This document shows, piece by piece, positions 24,601-38,600 of a stretch of DNA of 64,000 bases (the first letter of the stretch is position 1; every line of letters starts with the position of its first letter). The DNA lies in the NCBI GenBank assembly GCA_003971905.1, contig RSEE01000070.1:124001-188000 (forward strand), written 5' to 3'. Source of the stretch: Moniliella sp. 'wahieum'. Its lineage: Eukaryota. The notes under the pieces are model-generated. The model saw only the letters and a program-made list of their open reading frames with translations, was not told the DNA's origin and did no database searches. Both the position numbers and the translations under genes were made by a program.

Positions 24601-27160
24601 CCTTCGTTCCCCAGTTTGAGCCTTTCGTCCGGTACGGCGCGCACCAGCTGTATGGGAAATATGAGTTTGAACGCGAGAAAGCTTCCAACCTGGCGTTCGC
24701 ACGTTTTGTGGACGAGACGGAGCGGCGCCCGGCTGCGCGCAAGCTTGAGTTGAACGGGTACTTGACCAAACCTGTCACCCGCCTGGCGCGGTACCCCCTC
24801 CTGTTGCAGGAGGTGTTGAAGCACACGCCTGCCTCGAGTCCTGACAAGGAAGACTTGCCCAAGGTGATTGAGATGATCAAGGGGTTCCTCTCCAAAGTCA
24901 ACGCCGAGACGGGCAAATCGGCCAATACATTCCATCTGGCCCAGCTGGACCAACAGCTGATGTTCAAACCGGGCGAGGCGGTCGACTTGCGTTTGCGAGA
25001 TCCGATGCGGGAGCTGGCCTTCCAAGGTGGACTTAAGCGACGCGCGGGCCCCCAGTCGGAGTCGTCAGAGCTGCAGGTGTTCTTGTTTGATCACGCGCTG
25101 CTACTCACCAAGCCCAAGACGGTCAACAAGCAAGAGTTTTACAAGGTAACACGGAAGGTATGTCTTTTGTCCACCTCTTCTTTGCGATATTTATATGAGG
25201 ATGATTCTAATTTGCGTTTCCACAGCCCATCCCATTGGAGCTACTGGTTGTGACGGTGTACGATGAGCTACCCTCGTCGGGTAAAAGCAACCAAACAAGA
25301 GTCAAAACGTCGGCCAGCAAACTGTCGACTGGGCAACGGTTGGAGAGTGTCATGGTAACGGGTGCTCCGAAACAGGACGCCAAGCAGGGCTATGCTCTGA
25401 CTCTTACCCGCCTGGGGCAACGGGTACACACTTACCCTCTGGGCATCGACCTATGTGGCGCGGCAGAAGTGGATGGAACATATCGAGGCGCGGCAAGATG
25501 CACTGCGTGCCCGGAGCAATCTTTTCTCAGCCGTTCCGATGAGCGAACATTTCTTCCAGGCTTCTCACCGTCGCGCTTCATGTGCCGTGCCTTTGACTTT
25601 GGGCGAAGAATTATCTATGGTGCGCACGACGGCGTCTACCTCTCTGAGTTACGAGAACGAGCACGCAGCCCCATTAAGGTTTTGCCCTTGGCCAACGTAA
25701 CTCAGATCGACGTACTGGAAGAGTTCCAAGTGTTGATTGTGTTGGCCGACAGAACCCTGCATACGTTCATGCTGGATGCGCTTGACCCTCAAGACCCCTT
25801 GGGCAACCTCAAACGGGGAAAGCGCATCCAGGGGTTGGTCACTTTCTTCCGTGCAGGGACCTGTCTGGGTAGGACATTGGTATGCCTGGTCAAGTCGTCC
25901 CCTGTCCCAAGCTCGACGATCCGTACACTTGAACCCGTCGAGCGCGCCACCAGCGACCGTACAGTGCTCAATACGCCGATCCAGTCGCCCGGTGCCCAAG
26001 GGAGCGAGCGGAAACAAGGCCAAGCGTCCTGGATTGCAGAAGCTGCTCCAGGGCCCGCCTGGGCAGAGTGAGGCTCTTCGGGTTTCAAAGAATTTTACGT
26101 TCCGATGGAGTCCACTTCGGTTCACTTTCTCAAGTCGAAGCTCTGTATCGCAGCTACGAAGGGGTTCGAAATTGTCGACCTTGAGACGCTTGACACGCAA
26201 GCCCTTCTGGACCCGGCCGACACGTCACTCGACTTTGTCTTCCGCAAAGAGGGACTCAAGCCGATTGCCATATATCGCATTCACCGCGAGTTTCTGCTCT
26301 GTTATGACGGTACGTATGCACTGTGCCTTATGTTTGGTTGCATAATACTGACCCCTTTCTTCAGAGTTTGCCTTCTACGTCAACAAGACCGGCTGGCGCT
26401 CCAAGGGGAAGTGGCTCATTCAGTGGGAAGGGCACCCTACTGCGTTTGCGTTGCACTACCCCTACGTGCTGGCCTTTGACCCTGCGTTTATTGAGGTGCA
26501 TCATGTGGGTACCGGTGCGCTCCACCAGGTCATCACGGGAGCACGATCAAGTGTCTATTCTCGGATGTTCCGCCCTATGCCTCCAGCGCAACAGGCGGCG
26601 ATACGAGCAGCACAAGCGCAGTTCCATGCCCTCCAACTCCAAGGCAGTGTGCCTCCGGGTAACATACCCCAGCAGATGATGCCACCCCAGCACCTCCAGA
26701 CTCAACAATCTCACGTCCAGGGCAGATACAGGCGTATCGCGGGGCTCAGCCTACTGGACCCCGACTGGGCCGTCTGCTGGTACGCACCGGAGGCTAACAT
26801 GTCACCCTCGCGAAGAAGCATGACCCACCTTCCCGGGTCCGCCCCTGGTCGACCTCCTGGCCCACCGATGCCTGTCCCACCGCCAATCAACTCTATGTGG
26901 GAGTCGGTCCATGCGTCGCGCACACACATTGTCTTTTCTGCTGGTTCATCCGTCTTTTGCATCCGGCGGGTTACCCCCCCCGCCGCACCTCCATCGGCTT
27001 CGCTGCAACACCGACCGCTACCTGTACATATGATGCCTCTATCCCTCCTGGTGCACCTGGGCATCCTCATCATCCCCTCCTGGGCCGATGTCAAGACCGG
27101 CCCACTACACAGGGGGGGGTTCAACTGCAGTCGTATGCTCCCTCCTACCGCCTTCCCTAG
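21674..27160 (+). CDS. ROM2: Rho1 guanine nucleotide exchange factor Rom1/Rom2 (DEP-DH-PH-CNH)
   Basis: DEP (DGLRYKDAFDG, LLLGRSLDAQKFFHDVTYDHRLRDS), GVFTLLTECYSPTC, DH (TERNFVHDLEYL, RKLELNGYLTKPVTRLARYPLLL), PH (LQVFLFDHALLL), CNH (VTQIDVLEEFQVLIVLA). Introns 25158-25225 and 26310-26364. Confidence 0.92.
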
Positions 27161-30100
27161 GACTGTCGTCTTGCCGGCTGCTGCAGCACGCGCGTCTCTT
27201 CCCCCCAATCACACCCACCGGACTCTCTCTTCTGCCTCTGTATTAACTCAGTGTTTGACCACCCGTCACTTCAATCGCGTGTTGGGTATTGTACGGTCAG
27301 AGGATCTCTTTCGGCCTTTGCTTTCGGTCTTTCCACAGGCCTGCTCCCTGCCCCTCTCTCTACCCCTATCTCCTGCGTCTTTGTTGCATCTCATCGAGCC
27401 TCACTCTCTTCATTGGTAGCGCTGCCTCCCTTCCCCCCCTTCCATTGGTTATACGTAGCCTTGCACTTGCATACTTGGGCACTTGTGGGCAATTGATGGG
27501 GCAAAGAAAGCATCTTGAAGCTTGACTGCACACCTGAGAAAAACAGGCGGCGTAGCTGGTATCCCTCCTAGGGGCTAAAACCGGGAGACGGTCCCATAGT
27601 GTGGGGTAAATCACCTCCACCAATTAGTAACCACTCAGCGTCGAAATGGGCCGAGGCGGCGGAATAGCCCACACAGCGGAATTGTGGAGCGGGTGGAGGC
27701 CGGGCACTGGCTCTGTGTCGAGCGTCGCGCCCACACGAGGGGGGGCTACGTGTCGCCCAGGTGGGGGTATAAAACCCCGGCTGGCCGCCGTCGCAACTTG
27801 ACTCTTTTCCCCATCCTTGTGCACGGCCTTACCGCTCAAACTGTGAAGTTCCGACTGAGTTGAGCGCTTTGCTGATACGCAAACAAACTACCATACTCGT
27901 TCCCTGCGCTCCTAGGGTGCAGGGGCAATTTTCTGCCTTTTGCCCTCTCCCGGGAGTGGCTCGCATTGCATTCCGCATGATACCTCTGCCTCCAAACAAC
28001 AGCCAGCAACAGATGCCGTAGCCGCCCATGTGTAGGTGGACCTAGGTGGTGCTCCCGTCAGGTGGCCAGCCGTTGGACTTGGTTCAGGTTCACAGACGTG
28101 CGATGAAGTTGGGTCGTTGCGTGTGGGCGGGCACTCGGGCGATGCAGGCTATGCCACCAGCTTTTTACGGGACGAGCGCTCCAAGCCCATGGCGGCCGAG
28201 CAAGTGAACGACAGCACAACATATTTGGAGTCCAACACTGTGCGAACGGCAAGGGTATCAGCATCTTCTGCTTTCCCAATCTCTCACTGGTCAGCGTAGT
28301 TGGCGTGCACTGCACGCGGGCGCCCGGGAAGCCACTAGTTGATGGCCATGGTCCACTGACAGCGACAAGGGCATCTTTCCGGCACGCCTTGCCCGGCGTC
28401 GCGCAGGGCAGCCAGCGAAGCCTACTCAGATTGGGGGGGTAGAGCGATGGGATTTCGGACGCAAGGACGCAAGGAACGAGAGTGGCACCAAGAGCGGCAC
28501 TTAGGATCCACCAAGGCAATGCAGGCGATTGTTCCTTAACCCTGAAGCACTTGGCAACAGGGGCGCTGGTAGAGGCTGATGTTGATGGCTGCGGAGACGA
28601 GACGGGATAGTTGAAACATTGGTGGACGAAATGCAATGTTGCAAGTGACGCCAACTTGGGATGCTCAGTATATACACCGGGTGGAGCACTTGTGGTGCTC
28701 ACCACGGCCAACATCCACATCCTGCGCGCTCAGTACGCTCAGTCGTCGGGTACAAGGACCTCCAAGGGACCCCCCCTCAAAACCAACCCCCACATCCACG
28801 AGATAGTTGCCGTCGCCGAAGGGAGGCAGTCTTCATCGAATGTGGACTTTGTTTACGACGGTGTGCTAATGAGCAAAAGATGAGCTAATAAGAGGTGCCC
28901 CCAAATTCATGTGTCCATTTCGGTGGGATCCAATTGTGGCTACTGTATAGTATGTTGGGGATGGTTCACCGCTCGAATGTTTTCCACGCTCCATTGTATC
29001 GACACGGGTTGCATCCGGGTTGGAAGCGGATGGCGCACCAGAGGATCCTAATAACCTCTAATGGCGGCTCCCCTTCTGATTTTTCCTAACCGGGTTTTGG
29101 CGCCAACAAGCGCCCTTTATGGTGTGATATATGATAAGAGTGTCCCTCAGGTCTGATCTCCTCATAATATATACAGGGACCATCTCACTATACAAGGGCC
29201 AGAAAGGAATCTCCCGGCCCACAAGAAATCTGGAAGAGATGATTGCGAACAGTGAGATCTTATTGTTGTTTTAATGGCGTGAACGTTCTGTTGTGGTGGT
29301 TGGGAGACGCCTTGTGCATTTTCAACTATACAATGTGTCTCTTCGTCAACACAATACCAGCTCGGTTTCATACGCGAGCCGTTTAAGAAATGGATAGAGT
29401 AGAATAGTCGTCTCAGTCTCTGCCATCATGTATCAACAACGACGGAAGTGCATTTTTGAGGCTAGACATCCTGTGATGTTTGAAATAAAGGCAAGCCTCG
29501 CAGAAAGGCTCCCCATTGCAGCTCTGCCATCAGCTCTGAGTAATACTACCAGCCACAAAGTGCGCATGGTAATTATACATGGATGAAAAAAGCTGTAAGA
29601 ACAATCCAGGTGCGCCACAGGAAAGGGATGTGTGTCGCTGATCATTTCTCCCCTGATGCCAGTGAGCGCTCACGTCATGTTAAAACATTTCGAGGCAGCA
29701 CTGAGCGCACTCTGCAGACTGAGTGGACTTCAACTAAACGCCAAACATATAATCCACGGGACTGACGATACCGTCAAGATGACATGCCGACGGAGAAGAA
29801 GGGCGGTCTTTATGGGTACCAGTGGGAGAATGCAATAGATGCGAGAGAATACACTCATACCGACATAAAGACGTCTATGCGTTATGAATAGACGGGGAGG
29901 GAAAGTGGCACGATATGCGTAACACACCAACAACAACCTAAGGTGAAGACAAGTGAAATACATGGTGACGGGAAGTCATTGATATGGTGCGTTGATGTGA
30001 CACCGCGATATCTCTGCGAGATATGAGATGTACTAACCCTATATAAATGTAAGACCGTCGACGATACTTCCGCTTTCACGTTTTCATTAATAACCTCCTT

Positions 30101-33100
30101 CTGGTTTATCATGCACAGTTATTCCACAGAATGACACGGCCCATAGAAGAGATACATACTGTGAATCCGATTACCATCGACACAGTGATACAGGCTGTAC
30201 CGCAAGCAGCAGGCATTCTGCCGAGCCGCCGATGATCCAATGACTTTTCTTGCGTTAAGACTGGCATTATACATTACACCATGACGACTGTATAGCAACC
30301 TCTGACTGTGAGAGACAATGAAGCGTATAACTGCTCTCACATGTACCGTCGGCAATTCGCGTGAGCAAATAAAAGTATAGAAGCGGTTGTGTCCCGCCTG
30401 AAAGTGACTAGTAGGCCAGGCAACAGACGGAGTGCAGAGCGCGCACTATAGCAAAAAACCACTCAAAACAACCTAGGGAAGCACCCAATGCTACATGATG
30501 CATGATGTGTGGGACAAAGTATACTTGGTATATCTTCTCCTACCAATTAAGAGCTCTGATGATGATGAACAAAATTGTTTTCATCTCCTCAACACAAGAA
30601 CACTATGATTGATTGATTTTGCCATTCTCTCTCCCCTCCTGTGTAGTTCAATTTTTTGCACCACCATATATATTCCCAAACAGCCGCGTCTGGGTCCTCT
30701 GCCTCACCGACAGAAACAACCTTTCGTCATTTCCTTCGTCATCAACGCTAAACGTTGAAACGTCTCTTCAAGCTTCAAGCCGTAAGGTGTCTTTCTATTC
30801 TCTGACCGTCAGAGGGCCACATTTCCTTTTTTCTATATTCCTTTCACAAGCCCATCCCCACAGGCTCTCCCCCGCATTTTTGTGGTAGCAGGGGGGAGGG
30901 CACATCAGGGTATCCACACTGTCTGTATCGGGCTGTTCAGCATCTGGAGTGCACAATCTGTGCAGATCTGAGTGATATGACATGTGACAATTGATGATAT
31001 GGTTAAAACTACTATATAATATTCAGTGCTAGTGAGTAGTAGTAATACTCACTCAGTTTGAAGTATCCACTCAGTGAAGAGGTGTCGATGGGGCTGCTTA
31101 TCAGTAAGACCTAGAGCTGCGGACTGTGGAGGAGGAAGAATGCGAGATTACTTCTCTAAAATGACTGCGGGAGCAATTGTAACATGCAAGGGGATACATA
31201 TCTATAGCTAACTGTCCCGAATTAATGGAGACCACACTCCTATTACCCATTTAGAGAGCGACTACTCTTTTAGAATGTGGGTCCAATAGGGTAGAGTATA
31301 AGGTCTAAGATATAAGACCTTATCGATCCATCACGAGCACCATCTGTGCCGTCACATTCATATACATTTACGCTGTTCGAGAGATCTTTGGATTACGCGC
31401 TTTCGATCTTAGAGGTCAACCAGAACTATAATAGATGGGAAAATAAACGGCCGAACGTCAGTCTTCGCTTCAGCGCTGGGCTGTATACACCTGCATAAGC
31501 ATAGGGAAGGTGTGTGACATATGTGACATGTGACGCCGGCCAAACATGCATCTTGCTGTTTCCAATCCTTTGGTCGGTCGCATGTGATGCATGCGACATG
31601 TGACGGAGGAGGAGAGACTTTTACCCTACCTGTTCGGAGGACAGAGCATCATATCATAGCCTGTCTATTAATGTATAGCTTTGAAGTTCGAGGGTATGAG
31701 GCCATGAGCGCGTGAGCGCTGAGCGGGAGTGTGTGGCGTCGTCTGGAAGTGATTTATAGGATTAGCGCTTGGGTGGCGATTTAGTCATCACACTATACGC
31801 AATGCAAACTTTTCCCTTCAAGTATGTGAAGATGGCCCTTGCCTGAGGTTGAAAAGGGAGCTGGGCCAGGCTGAGCAGGAGAGGGAAGTCTCAGCTTTTG
31901 GGCTTTCAACGCGCTAGTTACAACTGAGAGGAAGAAAATTATTACCGTCAGGATTTCTGTGAGGCAAGCCAGTTACTGTGATAATGCCGACAGAAGTAGA
32001 GGGCAGATCCTACAGTATACCTTCGACATCTTCTTCACCCCCTTGGACATGCGAAAGCGGTGTCGTTCTGCCTGTGTCCGGGAAGGCAAAGAATGCTGTG
32101 GTGTGACCGGGGTAACCACAAAACAACTGTGGATTGTACCCTACTCTTAGTTGTATAGCCGAGCATCCAACTCATGACGGAATAACTTCTGGGAGGGAGG
32201 GAGGGGACAGTGCGCATGCGACACTTAATTCATACTCGTTCAGGCTGTGGAGTTCATCTCGTTCATCTGTAACCTGATGGGCCCTGTGATCACTCCGATG
32301 GCGCTGGGGATCCAATTGAAAATACATGCACCTACTATGAAACAGCTCAGTCAGCAGGTTGACGACATTGACGGTAAAAACACCGTCACTGGTGCGCACC
32401 AATACGGTCAAATGGTCCAAACAACACCACACGATTGCAATATCATGAGAAGGCAGCAGCGCAGATGCACACAGCTATTTACAGCTATTTAAGCGGAGGG
32501 TTATGCCCGTGGGCGTGACGGTTTACATTTAAGAATGATGATGATGCGCATGTCAAGGCTTCCCGTGAAAAGGAATCGTAGGCCTCCAGTTTGACCTGAA
32601 GATCAGAGAGGTCGAAAGGTAACCATCAATGGCGCGCCTTTTAAAGTCGATCGTCGCAGTCAAGGAGCTGAAAACGGGTTTGACTGACCCTGGCGATCAG
32701 AAGCACCCATTTTTTTGTCCGGGAGCCCAGTCAGCTACTCAGCCCTGCTGAGCCGACGGAAGGGCAGTAAGTCCCGAGAACCAGTACGACCGGGATCCGA
32801 CGGTTACCGGTTAGGCTGAAGACGATTGATATGCCGAACGGAGTTGTTTTGACGGTTTGACGTTGACCGTTGACCCGTCTCGAAAAGTTTTTTCGGTGTG
32901 GATACGGCCATCGCGCCCATCGGGGGAAAAGCAGCAGTAACGGCCGCACCGAGAGTTATATATATCCAGCTGATGAAAGGGCCGAAAAACGCACGATGCA
33001 TGATGTGTGTATAGGCGTTGACATCATCTTATTTTCAACGCACCGCGTGGGTAGTTGGGACGCTGGGTAGTTGGGAGGCAGATGAACATGGGGCCTGGGG

Positions 33101-33223
33101 AGGGGAACCGTGGGGAGTCTGCGTGTGGATGCCATTATTGCTGAAGGTGGAAAGCGATGATCGCACGGTCACCACGATCGGTCTCCTGCATGAAGCGGTT
33201 CCCATGAAACGATTTGCTTTTCA

Positions 33224-35050
33224 CGAGGCTTGAAGCTTGAGCTGAAGTGGAGTACAACGGCCAATTTGTATTGCATTCTCAGTTGATGAGTGGACGTTCG
33301 ATGGAGGAGCGCATCTGCGCCTGAGCCCGCCTGAGCTCATGAGGCAAGTGATGGTGTGGGCGCTGGAGTTGGCCAACGGGGGGGGGATACGATGAAAAGG
33401 ATTGGAGGAAGGGTGCGTCATCGCGTGATTGGCGTGATTAATGATTGCTCCGGGATATAGAATCAGAGGCACTACAAGGGCTGATGCATGATGCATGATG
33501 GGGCACACCAGCACACGCTCCGTACGCAGTACTCCCAGGTGAGGTCACTGAGTACTCATCGCTTCTTTCCTTAGTTTGCCGTCGGCCGCGGAGAACCGGG
33601 AGGGTATTAGCTAGAAGAGGGTTTTGACGTTTGGCAAAGAAGGCATGCCGCGCAGCCGTGGACCAGGTGAACGTTGAGCGAACGGTGAACGAAGGGGGCA
33701 CGTGATGCAAAGAAGTGGATGCGATAACGCGAGGGTGCGGCAGACAGCCGGGCGAGATAATCGATGATCGATGAGATCTGAGATTGAATATTGATGAGTC
33801 GATGACTATGATCGATGATCGATGAGATCTGAGATCTGGATCCGATCGAATTCAGAGCATTAATTGGGTCGCGGGAGCGCGGGAGCCCCAACGTCCAAAA
33901 CCGGCCCGAGCCTGACGCACCTGATGCATGATGCCAGATGCCTGATACGTGATGCATGATGGTATGATGGTGGCCGGTCGGAGACGAGTAGAGGGAGGTT
34001 GGGCTGGGTCCCCAACAGGGCTGGGACTCTGTTTATGTTGCTGTACGTTTTGATAACGCAGGGATAATATGTTTGCTAAAGAGTTTCTATTGACAATGGA
34101 ACGGGACACGACAATGATTCAGAAGGCAGCAGAAAAACCGTCCGAACTCAGAACTCAGGACTCAGAAACTCAGAACACCCCGACAGACCCGGCCCTACCA
34201 ATCTTCTGCCCGCCTGCAGCAACCAACGTACAGCTAAAGCAAAACGTGGCCCTATATCTCCCCTCTGGTGTACTGCTGTCGCGGTTGGCGCAGACAAAGC
34301 GTGTACGTACTGCGCCTTGTCGCTTTGGCGGTGGTATAGATAGAACCTCTCCACACGCAATTATGCTTTACCGTTGGCTGAATAGATTCGAGAATGGCTG
34401 AAAGGCAGATTAGTTTCCCAGGGCCCAATAAGGCGCCCAGACGCTCCATCCCGCAATGCGTGATGCATGAGCGCGAGCGCTGAGCCCTCGGCGCAGCTGA
34501 TGCAACGCCACACTCGCGCCCTGCCTCATTCAGATCTCAGAAGGGACCGGTGTCAGGAACGAGGCAAGGGATGGGATGGGCTGCCATGTATTGCCAGCTC
34601 AGCGAATCAGACATGCCCGCTCCCAACAAGCATCGCATGCCGCATCAGACCACTCTTGGGGGGCGGTGGAGCGGTTGAGGATATAGGCCCAACCCCATCA
34701 GCCTCTGGGCAAGCGCCTCGATGCGTGCACCGAATGCATGATACCAGCCAGTGGTCTTCCTCAACCAGTGATCAGTGACTTGAGTGACAGGTGACCCAAT
34801 GCGGGGCACCACTGCGGGCTAGTCATCACTAGCATTACTAGCTTTCCCAGGTAAGAGAGTGCACTGTAGCTTACTAGCTACTTGCTCACTAGTTACTAGT
34901 TCTAGTTACCTAGTTACCTGTGTTGAGCAGCAAGGGTGACCGGTGATGCTGATGGTGGTCTACGATGGGCAGATGCCAGTGGGTGTGATTCGAATGGGCA
35001 CTGCGTAATGCGCGTCTACATTCCGAGGCGATAAGATCGTGATGTGTGAT
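33224..35050. repeat. Dense cluster of 7-nt-phased TGA-N4-TGA micro-arrays
   Basis: Examples: 33482 TGA-TGCA-TGA-TGCA-TGA; 33809 TGA-TCGA-TGA-TCGA-TGA-GATC-TGA; 33922-33959 six phased anchors; 34148 TCA-GAAC-TCA-GGAC-TCA. Confidence 0.75.
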
Positions 35051-35693
35051 GCTGCGACGCCTAAAGCTTGTGACGTAGCCGTTGGGATGCATGATGCGTG
35101 GTGCTGCTGAGCCTCTGAGCCAGCGCAGGCCGGCGCTGAGGAGTGCCGGCTGAAGCTGCCCTCCAGCAATGCAAGCACTGGAGGGCACTAACCGCTGTAC
35201 AGGCTGTACAAGCAGCCCGAGTCCTGCCGATCGAACACGGCCAGCGGCCTGTGCGTCGGGGGGCGCGTGGCAGCCACTGCGGCACTGTCCCCCCCCCGGC
35301 CGAATGCAGGGCCAGGGCCGCAGTGGGCTGGGGCATGGGCGCGCTGTGCGGGTGGGTCCACTGGCTGCAGCCCACCGCCCTCCGCCCCGGTCACCCATCC
35401 TGCATCATGCATCCCACCTCACACGTCGGAGGGCAGGGCTAGCCAGCTGTGGGCTGGTGCGGGTGTGCGGGTGTATGCTGGGTGGGCAGGTTGGCGTACT
35501 AAGTGCTAAGTAAGTACGCTTCGCTCTAATCTCATAAAGGGTGGGAACGACGGCTGTGCTGCGGCAGCACACCCCTGCAGTCCCTCCATCCGTCTCCATA
35601 GGCTGCGTCCATCTTCCGCCCCACTCCATCCATCTCCGCCCCTTCCACCCCCACCCCCTTGCCCAGCTCCCACGCCTTCCTTTTGCGGTGGTC

Positions 35694-38600
35694 ATGTCGG
35701 CCATCAACGTCCCCCTCCACCCAGTCGCCCAGCGCCACGGCGCCGCCTCGTCCACCGATGTGGCTTACACCCTCCCCACCGCCGCCGCCCCGCGGCTCCG
35801 TCGCCACCAGTCCGCGGAGCCCTGACACGTGCGAGCGAGCCGGACGTGCACGCCTTCACCTCCGCCTCCACCTCTGGCTCTGCCGCTCCTCCTCACGTTC
35901 AGCCCTCTTCCATGCCCTCCGTGGCCAGCTCGGTGCCCTCTCGCCACTCGCTGTCGCTGTCCCAGCCCGAGTCGAGCCCGACGCCACTGCTGGCGGAAAA
36001 TGAGCATCCCTGGGGTCTGCGTCACCGGGATCTCAGTGTCTACCCGCCCATTGGCGTGCCCAGTGCTGTCAATGAGCCTTCTCAGGCGGCCACTCCGACG
36101 TACGGATCGCCATGCTATTCGTCGCCTACCACAAAGGCTGTTCCTCATGCTCGTCACCTGCCTGTGCGCGGCGCAACAGCCTGGCCGCTTTCTCCTCGAC
36201 TAGAAGCAGAGGAAAAGCTCATCGCCTGTACGCCGTATGACGGCAGATCAATTTGCCGATCTGTATGCCCGTTACGTGGCGTTGGATGTGCCTCATGCCG
36301 TCGTCTTCCCCTTTTTGCACGGCGTGATGGCGACAATATTCCTCAAAACCTCTTTTCGGGGCGCCCGTGTCGGGCATGCCCACCCCAAACTACCGTGGCC
36401 TAACTATTGTGCGGGCTGACATGCCACGTCCCGGCCATCACATTTATCGTCCACCGGCTCAGGTCACTGGGACAACAGCAAGTCGGCGTCCTCGTCGTCT
36501 TCGCCGTCTACGTCATCTCCACCCCTGGACTCGCCATCGTCGTTGGAGTCATCCTCCTCCATGTCGGCCCTGGACCGTGCACGGAGAGCACCATATCACC
36601 GCCTCTGGACGGGTCCACCCGTGACCGCGGCCTCTCTTGTGACCTCGAGTCAGTGGACAGCAGTGTGAGCGAACTGCCGCGGAGCTCGCTCAGCTCGCAG
36701 CACAGTAGCTTGGGCCTTACTGGGTCTGGGTTGGACACCGAGTCATCCATTGCGACCAGCGTAGATAGCCATCCTGCCCCATTATGCTGGGAAGAGGTGC
36801 CCTCCAAGGCCGATGAGGAACAGGAGGGCTTCCCACCTTTATTCTATGAGCACCTCGGCTGTGCCGCTGGATCCCCAGCCGGGCCACTCCATTCTCGCTT
36901 CGACCGTTTTCCCCAACGACCTGCTTACGCTACCCCAGCCTCCCGGTGCTGGCACCGGAGGGCCGTCTGCGTACTTTTCTTCGACTGGGCCGAGTTTTGT
37001 TCGACCTCGGCAATCGTCGGGTGTGAGCTTGCGCAACTTCCGCATCCAGTGCGCCAATTATGCTACAATTTCCGACATTGTGCTCTACTCTCCTGGATTA
37101 CACGGAGTACTGGAGCTTGCCGCCTGCTTCCGTCATGCTCAAGAGGAGGTGTACCAAGAGCGTTTGGCCCGTGGACTCGGCTCGCTTCGGTACAATGTCT
37201 TCGTCGTTGAAGGTGCGTCTCAACCCCTTATTTCCATGGCTCGTTCCACTAACCACCGTATTTGAACACAGACTCCTTCGATGTGTTTGAACAGCGCTAC
37301 CCGAGCTGGTGGCCATCACTTCAACTGGCAAGTCGCTGAACCGCGTCGACTTTGTTGATGGAGAGCGAGAGGAGATGGAAATTTTGACACGTGCAGCCCC
37401 CTCGACACCAATGTGTGGATCGGCTCCAATGGGGACCTTCCTGCACCCGAGGTCGACATCCAGCAGCGACTGGACCAATGTGGACGCGGCGCCTCGGACC
37501 AATCCCAACAACTATGCCGTCTGCATTGAAGCGCACGAAAACGGAGCGATGCCACGGGAGGACAAACTGCAAGGTGCTGCGCAGTACATGGATTCGCTCC
37601 AGCAGTCGTATCACGCTGCCTGCAGTTTGCCTGACGTTCTCTCCTCTGCCACGGCACCCTTGGCGCGCCCTGCAGAAGGCGCTGCAACCACGGCGGGGGG
37701 ATCGTTGGGCCTCTCCCTTGGTCCACGTGGATGGTCTACGACGCCGTCATCGACACACGCCCTGGTGGCTACTGAAGCCTACAGTCCCCCCACCGCCCGT
37801 GCTACGGGGGCTACAATGGCACCCGTGCCCGTCCCGCTCGCCAGCATTGTGCTGATGGAATGCGCTGTCCCGGCGTCGGACAAGGCGTTGGCCGAACCCG
37901 GTGTGGCTCACCAATTTGCAGACCAGATGATCCAGTTAGCGGTTTGGATAAGGAACAGGCCGATCCAGGTGCGTTCCCCCACCGGGCAGGACGGATGCTG
38001 CCGCGCAAGGTGCTCATTCACTGTGCCGACGGCTACACCGAGACCTCCATCCTAGCTCTCACCTACATTATGTACACGCATCCGGGCATGCGTCTCCGGA
38101 AGCGTACCTTTTCCTCCAAAACGATCTCCAGCGATCCTTCTTTGTCTACCCGCGCGAGGTTCCGATGCTCCAACTGATCGAGGCTCGCCTGCGCAGCTCC
38201 AAGTGGCCCACCCCGCTCGTGCCGCACGCTGCGCCCCACCAGCCGTCTACTTTGCTGCCCTCCATCTCCAAGGCGCCCGACGCATCGGCATCCTCACCTG
38301 ACGCCTGGCTCGTCACTCGTGGTTTTACGATGGACTGTTTGAGGGATCGTTCCCCTCGCGCATCCTGGACTTTTTGTACCTCGGCAACCTCAACCAGGCG
38401 ATGAACGCGGGCATGCTCCGTGCTCTGGGTATCACGCATGTCGTCTCGGTGGGTGAATCGGCGCTTTCGGCCCCTCCCGGTATGGAATCCACACACCGTT
38501 TGCGGCGAGCAAAGAGCCAGGTTCGCATGCCGCCATGGCAGCTCCTTTGTCTCTGGAGGTGGGGCAAGCTGGCCTACGACGTCACTGTGGGCCGAACGTG

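Noticed and set aside
27531..28064. CACCTGA..TCAGGTG 7-bp inverted ends around a TATA-containing segment
   Set aside because: The inverted repeat is too short and there is no exact TSD; it could be chance.
30983..31356. Possible solo LTR with TGTGAC..GTCACA termini
   Set aside because: The flanks (TGACA vs TTCAT) do not form a TSD and there is no second copy in the window.
32965..32995. CTGATGA...GAAA hammerhead-like core (similar CTGATGA at ~54438)
   Set aside because: Stems I-III cannot be formed around the core.
38010..38050. Non-canonical phosphatase motif HCADGYTET lacking the CX5R arginine
   Set aside because: As I recall this is the usual degenerate first domain of fungal Pps1-type proteins; the canonical HCRVGVSRS is present downstream.
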